Below, in pieces: positions 18,006-27,616 of a DNA stretch of 64,000 bases (positions are counted from its first letter, which is position 1; each line of letters starts with the position of its first letter). The stretch is from positions 64,001 through 128,000 of the forward strand of contig JBDHAB010000007.1 in NCBI GenBank assembly GCA_039588295.1, written 5' to 3'. The notes below the pieces were generated by a model that worked only from the letters and a program-made list of their open reading frames with translations, ran no database searches and was not told the origin of the DNA. Made by a program: the position numbers and the translations under genes. This DNA comes from Gemmatimonadota bacterium (GTDB lineage: Bacteria; Gemmatimonadota; Gemmatimonadetes; Gemmatimonadales; GWC2-71-9).

Positions 18006-18194
18006 ATGCTTCAACTCGATCTCTCGACCAAGGAGCTCGCGATCCTCGAAGAGGTTCTCGAGAGCTACCTTTCGGATCTCCGGATGGAGATCGCCAACAC
18101 GGACAGTATGGACTTCCGCGACATGCTCAAAGAGCGTAAGGCGGTGGTTATGGCTGCACTCCAGGCGGTTCGCGGGGAAAAGGCGGCCCAGTAG
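18006..18194 (+). CDS. Small helical hypothetical protein (62 aa)
   Basis: MLQLDLSTKELAILEEVLESYLSDLRMEIANTDSMDFRDMLKERK; natural amphipathic composition, GAGGG upstream. Confidence 0.65.
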   Translation: MLQLDLSTKELAILEEVLESYLSDLRMEIANTDSMDFRDMLKERKAVVMAALQAVRGEKAAQ

Positions 18195-18217
18195 CGACGT
18201 ATGGTCCACGAACATGG

Positions 18218-18916
18218 GTGCACGCTGCCGTGAAGGCCGTGGTTCCACCCCGCATCGTGCTGTCGCTGGTCCTCTTGGCCCTTTCCGGTAGCGCACTCGT
18301 GGCACAACAGCAACCCGACCGCCCCGTTCGACTCCCCGAGCCCGCGCTCGACGGCCCACGGTCGCTGGAGGCCGCGCTCTTCGCTCGCCACTCCGTGCGC
18401 GAGTTTGCCGAGAGCCCACTCACACTGTCGCAGGTGTCTCAGCTGCTGTGGGCAGCTCAAGGACGAAACCGGGACGACGGGGGGAGGACGGCGCCGTCTG
18501 CTGGTGCCCTGTATCCCCTGGAGGTGTACGTGCTGGCCGCGCAGGTCGACGGCCTGGCGTCCGGTGTGTACCGCTACGATCCCGACAACCACGAGCTCCG
18601 GTGGACCGTCGAAGGTGATCGCCGCAGAGCGCTGGCCACTGCGGCCCTTCGCCAGAGCTGGATCGCGGATGCGCCCGCGGTGTTGGTCCTCGCTGCGGTA
18701 TACGGGAGAACGACGCAAAAGTACGGTGAGTACGGTCGCACTTACGTCCACATGGAAATCGGGCACGTCGCTCAGAATGTCTACCTTCAGTGCGCCGCGC
18801 TCGGGTTGGGCACCAGCATGGTTGGGGCGTTTCATGAGGACCGGGTCACGCGAATCCTCGAATTACCGCTGGGGCACGAGCCGTTGGCCCTGCTGCCGGT
18901 CGGGAAGCCGCGATGA
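18218..18916 (+). CDS. SagB/ThcOx-type nitroreductase with N-terminal signal peptide
   Basis: RHSVREF, QLLWAAQG, RTAPSAGALYPLE, EIGHVAQNVYL, VGAF; hydrophobic leader; start approximate. Confidence 0.85.
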   Translation: MHAAVKAVVPPRIVLSLVLLALSGSALVAQQQPDRPVRLPEPALDGPRSLEAALFARHSVREFAESPLTLSQVSQLLWAAQGRNRDDGGRTAPSAGALYPLEVYVLAAQVDGLASGVYRYDPDNHELRWTVEGDRRRALATAALRQSWIADAPAVLVLAAVYGRTTQKYGEYGRTYVHMEIGHVAQNVYLQCAALGLGTSMVGAFHEDRVTRILELPLGHEPLALLPVGKPR

Positions 18917-19070
18917 TCGGGGCGCGGTCGCACCGCCCATTCGGTGTGTGCAAAGAGGGCGAGGGTCCGTTACACGAACGGTCTTGACCTCGCCCTTCCG
19001 AGCGGGGCACCTTGGTGTGCACCGTGTCTGTCCTGCAAAACGCCCGAACGAACTTGGACCACGAGACCGC

Positions 19071-21056
19071 GTGACCGCACCCCTCTCTGATCGACAGCGC
19101 CGCGTGCTCGCGGCGGTGTGTGATACGCTGTTGCCGTCGATTGCGCGGGACGACGACCCGCATGGCCTCTTCGCCATCGGCGCCGACGCGGCAACGGTCG
19201 AACGGGTCGAGCGGATCATCTGCTCGCTGCGCGATCCGCACGATCGGACGCGCGTGACCCTGTTGCTCTCAGCACTGGGATCCCCGCTCGCCAACGTCGT
19301 ACTCTCCGGGCGCTACGGATCCTTCGCCACGATGTCCGGTGCTACGAGAGAAGCCGTGCTTCGGCGTTGGGCCTTCTCGCGCGTTCCGCTGCAGCGTGCC
19401 GGCTTTCAGGCGCTCAAGCGGCTGGCGCACATTGGATTCCTGGTCTGGCCACTCGAAGACGGTTCGCACCCTGCGTGGCGCGCCGCAGGCTATCCCGGTC
19501 CGCTGCCGCAGCCCGTACATGGCGTGACGCCACTTGCGGAGTGCGAGATCGATCGGGACACCGTGCTGGACTGTGACGTGGTCGTCGTTGGGGCAGGTGC
19601 CGGTGGTGGGGTCGTCGCTGGGGTGCTGGCATCCGCCGGACAGGACGTCGTGGTGCTCGAGAAGGGCCCCAACCCCGGTGCCACCGACATGACACAAGTC
19701 GAAGGCGACATGCTGGGCGCCCTCTATCTCGACGCAGGTCTCCTCATGACCAAGAGTGGCTCCATGCCCATTCTCGCAGGGAGCTGCGTTGGCGGCGGCA
19801 CGACCATCAACTGGACCACCAGCCTTCCGCTGCCGGAGCAGACCCGCGCCGAGTGGGACCAGGTTTCCGGGCTCTCGCTGTTCTCGAGCCGACGCTTCGC
19901 CGATTCGCTCGACCGTGTGGCCGCGCGTCTCCATCTGAGCACGCGCTGGACGACCCCGGGGGTGCGAGACCAGATCCTCGAGCGTGGCTGCCGGGCTCTC
20001 GGGTGGCACGTCGAGGCCCAGCCACGAAACGTGACCGACTGCCTCGAAGGCTTGGAATGTGGCTACTGCGGGTACGGGTGCCGTCATGGCGCCAAGAATT
20101 CCACGGCCGAGACGTATCTCCGCGACGCGGTGGCCGGTGGAGCGCGGCTGGTTCCGCAGTGTGACGTCGAGCGCGTGACCGCGGAGCGGGGCAAGGCGAC
20201 GGGCGTCATCGGAACCGTGAGCCGTTCGGACGGAGCATCGCGCCGCCTCACCGTGAGGGCCAAGGTCGTCGTGGTTGCGGCCGGGGCGATCTACACCCCG
20301 GCACTGCTCGGAAGATCGGGCCTTTCCAATCCGCGGGTGGGTCGCGGTCTTCGCCTTCATCCGGTGAGCGCCGTCATGGGCGTGTTTCCCGAGCGGGTCG
20401 AGGGGTGGAGCGGAGCGCTGCAGACGCGCTTCTCAAACCAGTTTGCGGATCAGAACGGCGGCTTTGGGGCCAGGTTGGAAACCGGTCCCACACACTACGC
20501 ACTTGCCGGAAGTGCTCTGGGGTGGGAAGGCGCAACCGAGTTTCGCCAGGAGCTATCGCGGTTTGCCCATATAAGCCACATCGGCATTCTCCTGCGAGAT
20601 CGGGATGCGGGGCGAGTCGCGGTTGGACGTGATGGGCGCCCGCGGGTCCATTACGAGGTCTCGCAATACGATGCGGCCCACATGCGTGCGGCTGTTCTCG
20701 GTGCCGCGGAGATTCTCGCGGCGGCGGGTGCCACCGAGGTGTTCACGATTCAGACCCCTCCGGTGCGGGTGCGGCCCGGTCGGTCGGGCTGGCTCGACGA
20801 GTTCACGCGGAGGGCGGACACGGTGGGGTACGGCTGCTGCCGGATGTCCTACATCAGCTTCCATCAACTGGCGAGTGCGGCCATGGGCAACGAACCTGCG
20901 TCGTCCGTCGTTGGCGAGATGGGTGAGACGCACGACGTGCGCGGCCTCTTTGTGGCGGACGGCAGCACGTTTCCCACATCGAGCGGTGTGAACCCGATGG
21001 TCACCATCATGGCTATCGCCGATCACGTCGCGCGAGGAATCCTCGAGCGTAGGTGA
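19071..21056 (+). CDS. GMC oxidoreductase, long-chain fatty alcohol oxidase-like
   Basis: VVVGAGAGGG, VGGGTTINW, CGYCGYGC, LRLHP, HQLAS, VADGSTFPTSSGVNPMVTI; GTG start inferred (the track ORF extends back into the previous gene). Confidence 0.85.
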   Translation: MTAPLSDRQRRVLAAVCDTLLPSIARDDDPHGLFAIGADAATVERVERIICSLRDPHDRTRVTLLLSALGSPLANVVLSGRYGSFATMSGATREAVLRRWAFSRVPLQRAGFQALKRLAHIGFLVWPLEDGSHPAWRAAGYPGPLPQPVHGVTPLAECEIDRDTVLDCDVVVVGAGAGGGVVAGVLASAGQDVVVLEKGPNPGATDMTQVEGDMLGALYLDAGLLMTKSGSMPILAGSCVGGGTTINWTTSLPLPEQTRAEWDQVSGLSLFSSRRFADSLDRVAARLHLSTRWTTPGVRDQILERGCRALGWHVEAQPRNVTDCLEGLECGYCGYGCRHGAKNSTAETYLRDAVAGGARLVPQCDVERVTAERGKATGVIGTVSRSDGASRRLTVRAKVVVVAAGAIYTPALLGRSGLSNPRVGRGLRLHPVSAVMGVFPERVEGWSGALQTRFSNQFADQNGGFGARLETGPTHYALAGSALGWEGATEFRQELSRFAHISHIGILLRDRDAGRVAVGRDGRPRVHYEVSQYDAAHMRAAVLGAAEILAAAGATEVFTIQTPPVRVRPGRSGWLDEFTRRADTVGYGCCRMSYISFHQLASAAMGNEPASSVVGEMGETHDVRGLFVADGSTFPTSSGVNPMVTIMAIADHVARGILERR

Positions 21057-21130
21057 GAGTGGACCGCGAGTGTGCAACCGAGCGAGGTTGAGCCGTCATA
21101 CGGGGTGTAACGGGATCAAGGAGCCCATCC

Positions 21131-22573
21131 ATGATTGGCATGATGAACTCTAAGTCGTTGTTTGGTATGATCTTGGCAGCATGGCTCGGTGCGATGCCGA
21201 GCGCGGGGCAGGCGCAGCAGCCCGCCATCCAGTCGACGGCGGCAGACCGGCAGGCTGTCACCATCACGGTCTACAATCAGAACTTTGGCCTCGTCCGTGA
21301 GGTCCGCGACATGACGCTGACCCGCGGCGAGCTGCAGCTCGAGTTCCGCGACGTTGCGGCACAGATCCAACCTGAGACGGTCCACATCCGGAGCGTCGGG
21401 CGTGCGGGAGCGCTTCGGGTGCTGGAGCAGAACTATCAGTACGATCTGCTCAACCCCCAGAAGCTGCTCGAGAAGTATGTCGGACGCACGGTGAAGGTGT
21501 ATCGCTACAACGAGCGGACGGGGCGAGACGAAGAGTATGAAGCCGAAGTCCTGTCCGTGAATCAGGGGCCGATTCTGCGGATCGGTGACGAGATCACGTT
21601 CAACTTCCCCGGCAGGTTCTCCTTTCCCGAAATTCCCGAAAATCTGATCGCCAAGCCCACCCTCGTCTGGACCTTGGACAGCCGTGAACCGCGGCAGCGC
21701 GTGGAGGTGTCGTACCTGACGAACAGCCTCAATTGGAAGGCCGACTATGTCTTTGTCATCAATGAGGACGACACGCTCGGTGACCTCACGGGCTGGGTCA
21801 CCCTGACCAACCAAAGCGGCGCGACGTACGAAGATGCGCAGCTCAAGTTGGTGGCCGGAGATGTCCAGCGCGTGACGCCCCAGGCGCGTCGGCGGATGGA
21901 GTTGGATGCGCTGCGCGCCGCTGCCGTGGAGGAGTCGGGGTTTGTTGAGGAAGCGTTCTTCGAGTATCACCTCTATACCCTGCAACGGCCTACCACGCTG
22001 CTGCAGAACGAGCAAAAACAGGTCACGCTGCTGGAAGGGAGCGGTGTGGGGGTCGAGAAGCGGCTCATCTTTTACGGGGCGCCGTACTACTACCGAGGAT
22101 CCTATGGCCAGGTGATGTCGAATCAGAAGGTCGGTGTGTACCTGGACTTCCAGAACAGTGAGGACAACCGCCTTGGCATTCCGCTCCCCAAAGGGATCGT
22201 ACGCGTTTACAAGGCCGATGGCTCCGGCGCGCAGCAGTTCATTGGGGAAGATCAGATCGATCACACCCCCCGTGACGAGCGTGTACGGATCAAGATGGGC
22301 GAGGCCTTCGACGTCGTTGGCGATCGCCGGCAGATGGAGTACCGGGTCATCAGCAGGTGCGTGTCGGAGAGCACCTGGGAAATCACGCTGCGCAACCATA
22401 AGGATGAGCGTGCGGAAGTGCAGGTCTACGAGCCCGTCGGAGGTGACTGGGAGATCCTCTCCTCGAGCCATTCGCCGGAGAAGCTGGATGCACGGACCTT
22501 CAGGTTCACGGTGGATGTGCCGGCGCGAGGCGAGGTGACCGTGGAGTACCGGATAAGGGTGAAGTGGTGCTAG
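21131..22573 (+). CDS. Exported DUF4139 domain protein
   Basis: Signal peptide; VTITVYNQNFGLVREVR, EQNYQYDLL, YLTNSLNWKADY, FFEYHLY, GEDQIDHTP. Confidence 0.8.
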   Translation: MIGMMNSKSLFGMILAAWLGAMPSAGQAQQPAIQSTAADRQAVTITVYNQNFGLVREVRDMTLTRGELQLEFRDVAAQIQPETVHIRSVGRAGALRVLEQNYQYDLLNPQKLLEKYVGRTVKVYRYNERTGRDEEYEAEVLSVNQGPILRIGDEITFNFPGRFSFPEIPENLIAKPTLVWTLDSREPRQRVEVSYLTNSLNWKADYVFVINEDDTLGDLTGWVTLTNQSGATYEDAQLKLVAGDVQRVTPQARRRMELDALRAAAVEESGFVEEAFFEYHLYTLQRPTTLLQNEQKQVTLLEGSGVGVEKRLIFYGAPYYYRGSYGQVMSNQKVGVYLDFQNSEDNRLGIPLPKGIVRVYKADGSGAQQFIGEDQIDHTPRDERVRIKMGEAFDVVGDRRQMEYRVISRCVSESTWEITLRNHKDERAEVQVYEPVGGDWEILSSSHSPEKLDARTFRFTVDVPARGEVTVEYRIRVKWC

Positions 22574-22602
22574 CAGAGCGCCGACCCAATACGTAGCGGA
22601 AT

Positions 22603-22633
22603 CGACGGGGGGCGAGTGATCGCCCCCTCGTCG
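22603..22633 (+). terminator. GC-rich hairpin with GTGA (GNRA) loop after the DUF4139 gene
   Basis: cgacggggggcga-gtga-tcgccccctcgtcg; no U-tract. Confidence 0.5.
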
Positions 22634-22716
22634 TATGTGGGAGCATCGCTCTCATACTGGGCGTGCCCGACGGCTATCTTACTGCCTCGTCGTTCCGTCC
22701 ACGCTGGGTCCGCGCG

Positions 22717-23913
22717 ATGACCGATGCCACAACCGCTGCGCTGATCTCCGACCCGACCGCCGTCTTCGCCTGGCTCGCGGCCGTCGTGGCCGGCATCTTC
22801 TGGCTCAGTGGGCTGCCGCGGTTCAAGAAGCTGTTCGAGCTCACCCCGCCCGTGATCTACGCGTATTTCCTGCCCGCCATTTCCACGACACTGGGTATCA
22901 CGCCACCACTGTCTGATGCGTACACCTGGATGGTGCAGTACCTCCTGCCCATGGCGCTGCTGCTGCTCATGATCACCGTGGATCTCAAGGGCCTGCTTCG
23001 GCTCGGACCGATGGCGTTGTTCATGTTGGTGGCCGGAACGGCAGGCATCCTCGTAGGAGCTCCGGTGGCATTGGTGATCTTCGGGCCCTTCCTACCGGAG
23101 GACGCCTGGAAGGGCTTCGCCGCGCTCTCAGGAAGCTGGATCGGTGGCTCGGCGAACATGATGGCCATCGCCCGGAGTGTCGGGACGCCCGACGCGCTGC
23201 TCGGACCGATCATCGTGGTCGACACCGTCGTGGGCTACGGCTGGATGGGGGTACTGCTCTTCTTCAGCGTGTGGCAGCACCGGTTTGATCGAAGAACCAA
23301 CGCGCGAACGGACGCAATCGAGGATACCAACCGACGGCTGACAGACATCAATGCGCACCGCCATCCGATCGAGCTGTCGAACGCCGCCGTGATCATCGGC
23401 GGAGGCCTGGCTGCCGCGGCGCTCGCCGTTGGCGTTGGGCGGCAGCTGCCCGTGCTGGGGGACCCGACCATCATCAGCCACACCACGTGGGCCGTGCTCC
23501 TCGTGGTAACGGGTGGCCTGGTGCTCTCGTTTTCTCCGGTGAGCCGGCTCGAGGAAGTGGGAGCCTCTCGGATCGGCTACCTTGCGCTATACCTCATGAT
23601 GGCGGCGGTTGGAGCGCAGGCCGACTTCAAAGCGGTGATCGAGGCACCGGCCTTCTTGGGCGCTGGCGTAGTGTGGATTGGCATTCACGTAGTCGTGCTC
23701 TATCTCGCCGCACGCCTCGTCCGCGCCCCGCTGTTCTTTGTCGCCACGGCCAGCATGGCGAACATCGGAGGCCCTGCCTCAGCCCCGGTGGTGGCGGGCG
23801 TCTACCATCCGGCCATGGCCCCGGTCGGCCTGCTCATGGCGGTCGGCGGTTACGTGCTGGGGATCTACGGTGGATTGGTCTGCGCGTGGCTGCTGAGCTT
23901 GATCGGAGGATGA
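22717..23913 (+). CDS. DUF819 family membrane protein
   Basis: About 10 TM segments; LSGSWIGGSANM, ASMANIGGPASAPVVA. Confidence 0.85.
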   Translation: MTDATTAALISDPTAVFAWLAAVVAGIFWLSGLPRFKKLFELTPPVIYAYFLPAISTTLGITPPLSDAYTWMVQYLLPMALLLLMITVDLKGLLRLGPMALFMLVAGTAGILVGAPVALVIFGPFLPEDAWKGFAALSGSWIGGSANMMAIARSVGTPDALLGPIIVVDTVVGYGWMGVLLFFSVWQHRFDRRTNARTDAIEDTNRRLTDINAHRHPIELSNAAVIIGGGLAAAALAVGVGRQLPVLGDPTIISHTTWAVLLVVTGGLVLSFSPVSRLEEVGASRIGYLALYLMMAAVGAQADFKAVIEAPAFLGAGVVWIGIHVVVLYLAARLVRAPLFFVATASMANIGGPASAPVVAGVYHPAMAPVGLLMAVGGYVLGIYGGLVCAWLLSLIGG

Positions 23914-24022
23914 GAAGAGACGAGGGATAAGCGACAAGGGATAAGGGAGAGGGGTGGCGTGCAACCTCCCGGTATCGGGTGTTCAGTTCCCCTCATCCTT
24001 CTCCCTTGTTTCTTATCCCTTT
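23914..24022. repeat. Inverted pair of heptamer-periodic arrays (purine arm and pyrimidine arm) between convergent genes
   Basis: gaagaga cgaggga taagcga caaggga taaggga gaggggt ... tcccctc atccttc tcccttg tttctta tcccttt. Confidence 0.7.
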
Positions 24023-24024
24023 CG

Positions 24025-25482
24025 TCACAGATACGGCGCCGCAAGCCGGGCCACACCGTCCCGTAACCTGATGGGCAGACTGCGACCGTTTACCTCTTCC
24101 AGCGTGATCTCGCGAGCGCTCTGAAGTTTCTCGTCGACCAGCTCGTGGAGGTGTTGCGTGAGGCTCGTGTCGTAGCACTCGACGCCGAACTCGAAGTTGA
24201 GCCTCAGGCTCCTGGGATCCCAATTGGTGGAGCCAAACAACGCCCAGCCATGGTCCACCAGCATCAGCTTCGAGTGATCGAACGGTGGTAGCGTGGCGTA
24301 CACTCTGCACCCTCGCTTCAAGACCTGCCAGAGCTGTGCGGTAGCCGCCCACTGCACGAACACGAGGTTGCTCTTCTGTGGTAGCACGATTTCTACGCGA
24401 ACCCCCCGCAGGGCTGCTACGTCGAGCGCACTGATGAGCTGTGCGTCGGGAAGGAAATAGGGTGTCACGATCCGGATCGATCGCTGAGCGCAGGCCAGGG
24501 CGCCGTGGAACACGAATCGGGCCCTTTCGAAGTCCTCATCCGGACCGTCGTTGATTCCGCGGGCTGCGACATCACCCACGGGCGGGAGGTGTGGAAACCA
24601 CGAGTCGCCGGTGAGCTGCTCGTTGGTGGTGAATGCCCAATCTTCCGCGAACGTCTGCATGAGCTGGCCCACGACCGGTCCTTCGACACGAAAGTGCAGG
24701 TCTCGGACCGGGTGTCGTGAGGGTGTGGCGAACACTGAGCCCTCGCGGATGTTCATGCCTCCCGTGAACCCGATCGTGCCGTCGACCACGAGGATCTTGC
24801 GGTGATTCCGCAGGTTCATGTACGGCATGCGCCAGGGCAGGATTGTGCGGCCAAACAGCGCGACCCGCACGTGACGACGCTTGAGCTCGTGCACGATTGA
24901 CGGTCGTGAGTACCGCGCGCCGACCGTGTCAATCAACACGCGGACCTGCACGCCGCGGGCGACCGCCCGCTCCAGTGCGTCCTGAAACAGGCGACCCGCA
25001 CGGTCGTTGTCGAAGATGTAGGTGCTGAGCGCCACGCAGTGGGACGCCGCATCGATAGCGGCGACCATGGCGGGATACGCCTCGTCCCCATTGCGAAGGG
25101 GGCGCACCGTGTTACCCGACAGCAGCGGCCGACCGGCGATCCGGTCGACCAGCTCCGCGAGTGGCCGGAGATGCCCGACGGGCTCGGGCAGGGTGGTCGA
25201 GGTCACCGGCAGGGATGGACGCGGATACTCGCCCGACGCCAGGACCGGGCTCTCAGCCCGCTGCTGTACGGCCTGCCGACGGATGCGATTGATGCCGAGC
25301 AGCGCATAGAGGATGGGGCCTACAATAGGGGCGAGCCAGATCAACCCGACCCACCCGACGGCGGCGCGGCTATCGCGCTTATACAGCACGACGTGCGCTG
25401 AGGCGATCACCGACAGCAGGATCGTGAGTGCGGCGGCCACGACCCGCCAGAGGTTAGAGAGGAATTCGATTACCGTTTCCAT
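24025..25482 (-). CDS. cls: Cardiolipin synthase
   Basis: Two N-terminal TM segments; two HKD motifs, NHRKILVVDG and HSKLMLVD...GSTNWDPRSLRLNFE. Confidence 0.92.
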   Translation of the reverse strand: METVIEFLSNLWRVVAAALTILLSVIASAHVVLYKRDSRAAVGWVGLIWLAPIVGPILYALLGINRIRRQAVQQRAESPVLASGEYPRPSLPVTSTTLPEPVGHLRPLAELVDRIAGRPLLSGNTVRPLRNGDEAYPAMVAAIDAASHCVALSTYIFDNDRAGRLFQDALERAVARGVQVRVLIDTVGARYSRPSIVHELKRRHVRVALFGRTILPWRMPYMNLRNHRKILVVDGTIGFTGGMNIREGSVFATPSRHPVRDLHFRVEGPVVGQLMQTFAEDWAFTTNEQLTGDSWFPHLPPVGDVAARGINDGPDEDFERARFVFHGALACAQRSIRIVTPYFLPDAQLISALDVAALRGVRVEIVLPQKSNLVFVQWAATAQLWQVLKRGCRVYATLPPFDHSKLMLVDHGWALFGSTNWDPRSLRLNFEFGVECYDTSLTQHLHELVDEKLQSAREITLEEVNGRSLPIRLRDGVARLAAPYL

Positions 25483-25520
25483 GGAGTTCGACCCAACACG
25501 CCAGGCACCTCAGGCGCCGT

Positions 25521-26495
25521 TCAATCGGCGAGCGTCGCGAGGTACCGGCCCAACTGCTCGAGCACGATGTTACCCCCGCTGAGAACCGAGACGACTCGAT
25601 CGTTGTCCCCGATGGGAATCCGTCCGGACAGGAGCGCAGCGGTGCCGGCGGCGCCCGCCGGTTCGGTGAGGAGCTTGGCACGTGAGAGGAGCGCACCCAT
25701 GGCGTGAATCATCTCCTCATCCGAGACGGTGACAATGTCTTCGACGTACTTCATGGCGAGGGCGACGTTCAACTCACCAGCCATCGGCGTGGCAAGGCCA
25801 TCGGCGATCGTCTCGGTCGAGTCCAACCGCACCGCGCGGCCCTGCTGCAAGCTCCGCTGCATGGCTGGCGCTCCAACCGGCTCGGCTCCATAGATGCGAA
25901 CGCTGGGCCTTGTTTGTTTCACCACCGCGGCAATGCCGGCCAGCAGCCCGCCACCTCCCACGGGAACGACGATCGCCGTGACACCGTCGAGCTGGTCGAG
26001 AATCTCCAAGCCGACCGTTCCTTGTCCCGTGACGATGCGTTCGTCGTCGAATGGATGAACGAAGGACAGATCTTGCTCGGCTTCCATCGTGTGCCCGAGG
26101 TCGAACGCCGCGGCGAAATCGCCGTGCAGCACGATCTGAGCACCGTACCGACGGGTGGCGGCGACCTTGGATCTGGAGGCATTCTCCGGCATGATGACGG
26201 TCGCCGGGATGTCGAGCACCCTCGCGGACCACGCGACTGCCTGCGCGTGATTGCCTGCGGACACGGTAATGACCCCTCGTCTCCGCTTGACGGTGTCCAA
26301 CTGGCCGAGCAGGTTGAGCGCACCTCGGACCTTGAAGGAGCCGGTCTTTTGCAGATTCTCACACTTGAGGAAGAGACGCGCGCCGATCTCGTGACCCAGG
26401 AGCGTCGTCGTCTCCATCGGAGTGACGGGCACCCGCCCCGCCAGCCGGGTGCGGGCGGCTTCAAAATCCGCGAGTGCGAAACCAGTGGTCTGCAT
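25521..26495 (-). CDS. Threonine/serine ammonia-lyase (PLP, short form without regulatory domain)
   Basis: KCENLQKTGSFKVRGA, SAGNHAQ, HPFDD, VGGGGL, EPAGAAG, LSGGN. Confidence 0.88.
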   Translation of the reverse strand: MQTTGFALADFEAARTRLAGRVPVTPMETTTLLGHEIGARLFLKCENLQKTGSFKVRGALNLLGQLDTVKRRRGVITVSAGNHAQAVAWSARVLDIPATVIMPENASRSKVAATRRYGAQIVLHGDFAAAFDLGHTMEAEQDLSFVHPFDDERIVTGQGTVGLEILDQLDGVTAIVVPVGGGGLLAGIAAVVKQTRPSVRIYGAEPVGAPAMQRSLQQGRAVRLDSTETIADGLATPMAGELNVALAMKYVEDIVTVSDEEMIHAMGALLSRAKLLTEPAGAAGTAALLSGRIPIGDNDRVVSVLSGGNIVLEQLGRYLATLAD

Positions 26496-26668
26496 GAGCC
26501 GTAGGAAGCTACGTGGGGATGTGAAGTGGGGTAAGTGGGGTGGTGACCGGTACTTCGGGTGCTGTCTGCGGGGCGCGTGCGACGGTTCGAGTCCGCATCT
26601 TGGTGCGTCACTCAACCTTCAACCTTGGCGCAGTATCTAATGGATATGACCGATAGGAGAGTATTCCG

Positions 26669-27490
26669 ATGAAACAGCGTGCAATGACCGGACTCGGGTC
26701 TGTGGCGGCGCTCGTCATCCTGACGGCCGCGGTTGCCACGCCGGCGCTGGGTCAGGAGCGGATGGTCGCGAATGAGGACTGGTGCCGCCGTTCGGGCGAC
26801 AGGGACAGAGGCTGGTTTTGCGAGGTGCGTGAGTTCACGCTGGCGGCGCGGGATCGCATCGCCGTGGACGCCGCGCCAAATGGAGGGATCAGCGTTCAGG
26901 GCTGGGACCGCGGCGAAATCCGCGTGCGCGCACGGGTGAGCGCCCGCGCCGACACCGATGGCGAAGCACAGCAGATGGTGTCCGAGGTGGAGGTGCTGGC
27001 CGAGGGGCGCGAGATTCACTCGAGCGGTCCGAAGAGGGATTCCGACAATGGGTGGTCTGTCAGCTACCGTATCTCCGCACCGCGTCGGTCGAACGTGGCG
27101 CTCGAGACGACCAACGGTGGAATATCCATCTCAGAGCTCTCTGGAAGCATCGAATTCCGCACGACGAATGGTGGAGTGTCGCTCCGGGACTTGGGCGGCG
27201 ACGTCCGTGGCCGAACCACCAACGGTGGGCTCGATATCGAGCTCAGCGGGTCCGCGTGGCAGGGAGAGCAACTCGACGTTCAGACCACCAACGGTGGCGT
27301 GGAGCTCGTGGTGCCCGAAGGCTATTCGGCCCACCTCGAGACCGGCACCGTGAATGGTGGTCTGCAATTCGACTTCCCCATTACGGTGCAAGGGCGCCTG
27401 GATCGAAACGTCTCGGTCGATCTCGGGAGTGGTGGCAGCCTGATTCGTGCCAGGACCACCAACGGTGGTGTCGTGGTGCGGCGGCAATAG
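26669..27490 (+). CDS. Exported DUF4097 (putative adhesin) beta-repeat protein
   Basis: Signal peptide; repeated TTNGG motifs. Confidence 0.8.
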   Translation: MKQRAMTGLGSVAALVILTAAVATPALGQERMVANEDWCRRSGDRDRGWFCEVREFTLAARDRIAVDAAPNGGISVQGWDRGEIRVRARVSARADTDGEAQQMVSEVEVLAEGREIHSSGPKRDSDNGWSVSYRISAPRRSNVALETTNGGISISELSGSIEFRTTNGGVSLRDLGGDVRGRTTNGGLDIELSGSAWQGEQLDVQTTNGGVELVVPEGYSAHLETGTVNGGLQFDFPITVQGRLDRNVSVDLGSGGSLIRARTTNGGVVVRRQ

Positions 27491-27522
27491 TCGTATTCGG
27501 GTTGGATATCACCGGACAAACG

Positions 27523-27555
27523 AGCGGGCCCTGGATCGTGGATCCAGGGCCCGCT
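27523..27555. terminator. Perfect 15-bp hairpin between convergent genes
   Basis: agcgggccctggatc-gtg-gatccagggcccgct. Confidence 0.7.
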
Positions 27556-27616
27556 GGCTGATGTGGCGGGTGGGTTCCGCGCGTTGGCCACGGCGCCGGC
27601 CCGTCGACATCGCTGG

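Noticed and set aside
18218..18916. RiPP (azole) biosynthesis cluster suggested by the SagB-type protein and nearby small ORFs
   Set aside because: No YcaO or E1-like gene; the small ORFs lack a Cys/Ser/Thr-rich core; the enzyme carries a signal peptide.
18405..19070. N-terminal 222 aa of the 883-aa track ORF, suggesting a fusion
   Set aside because: It overlaps the nitroreductase in another frame and has shadow-ORF composition; the GMC protein most likely starts at GTG 19071.
26560..26612. ggttcgagtcc, resembling a tRNA T-loop
   Set aside because: The T-stem pairs only 3 of 5 positions, and no acceptor stem, D-arm or anticodon arm can be built.
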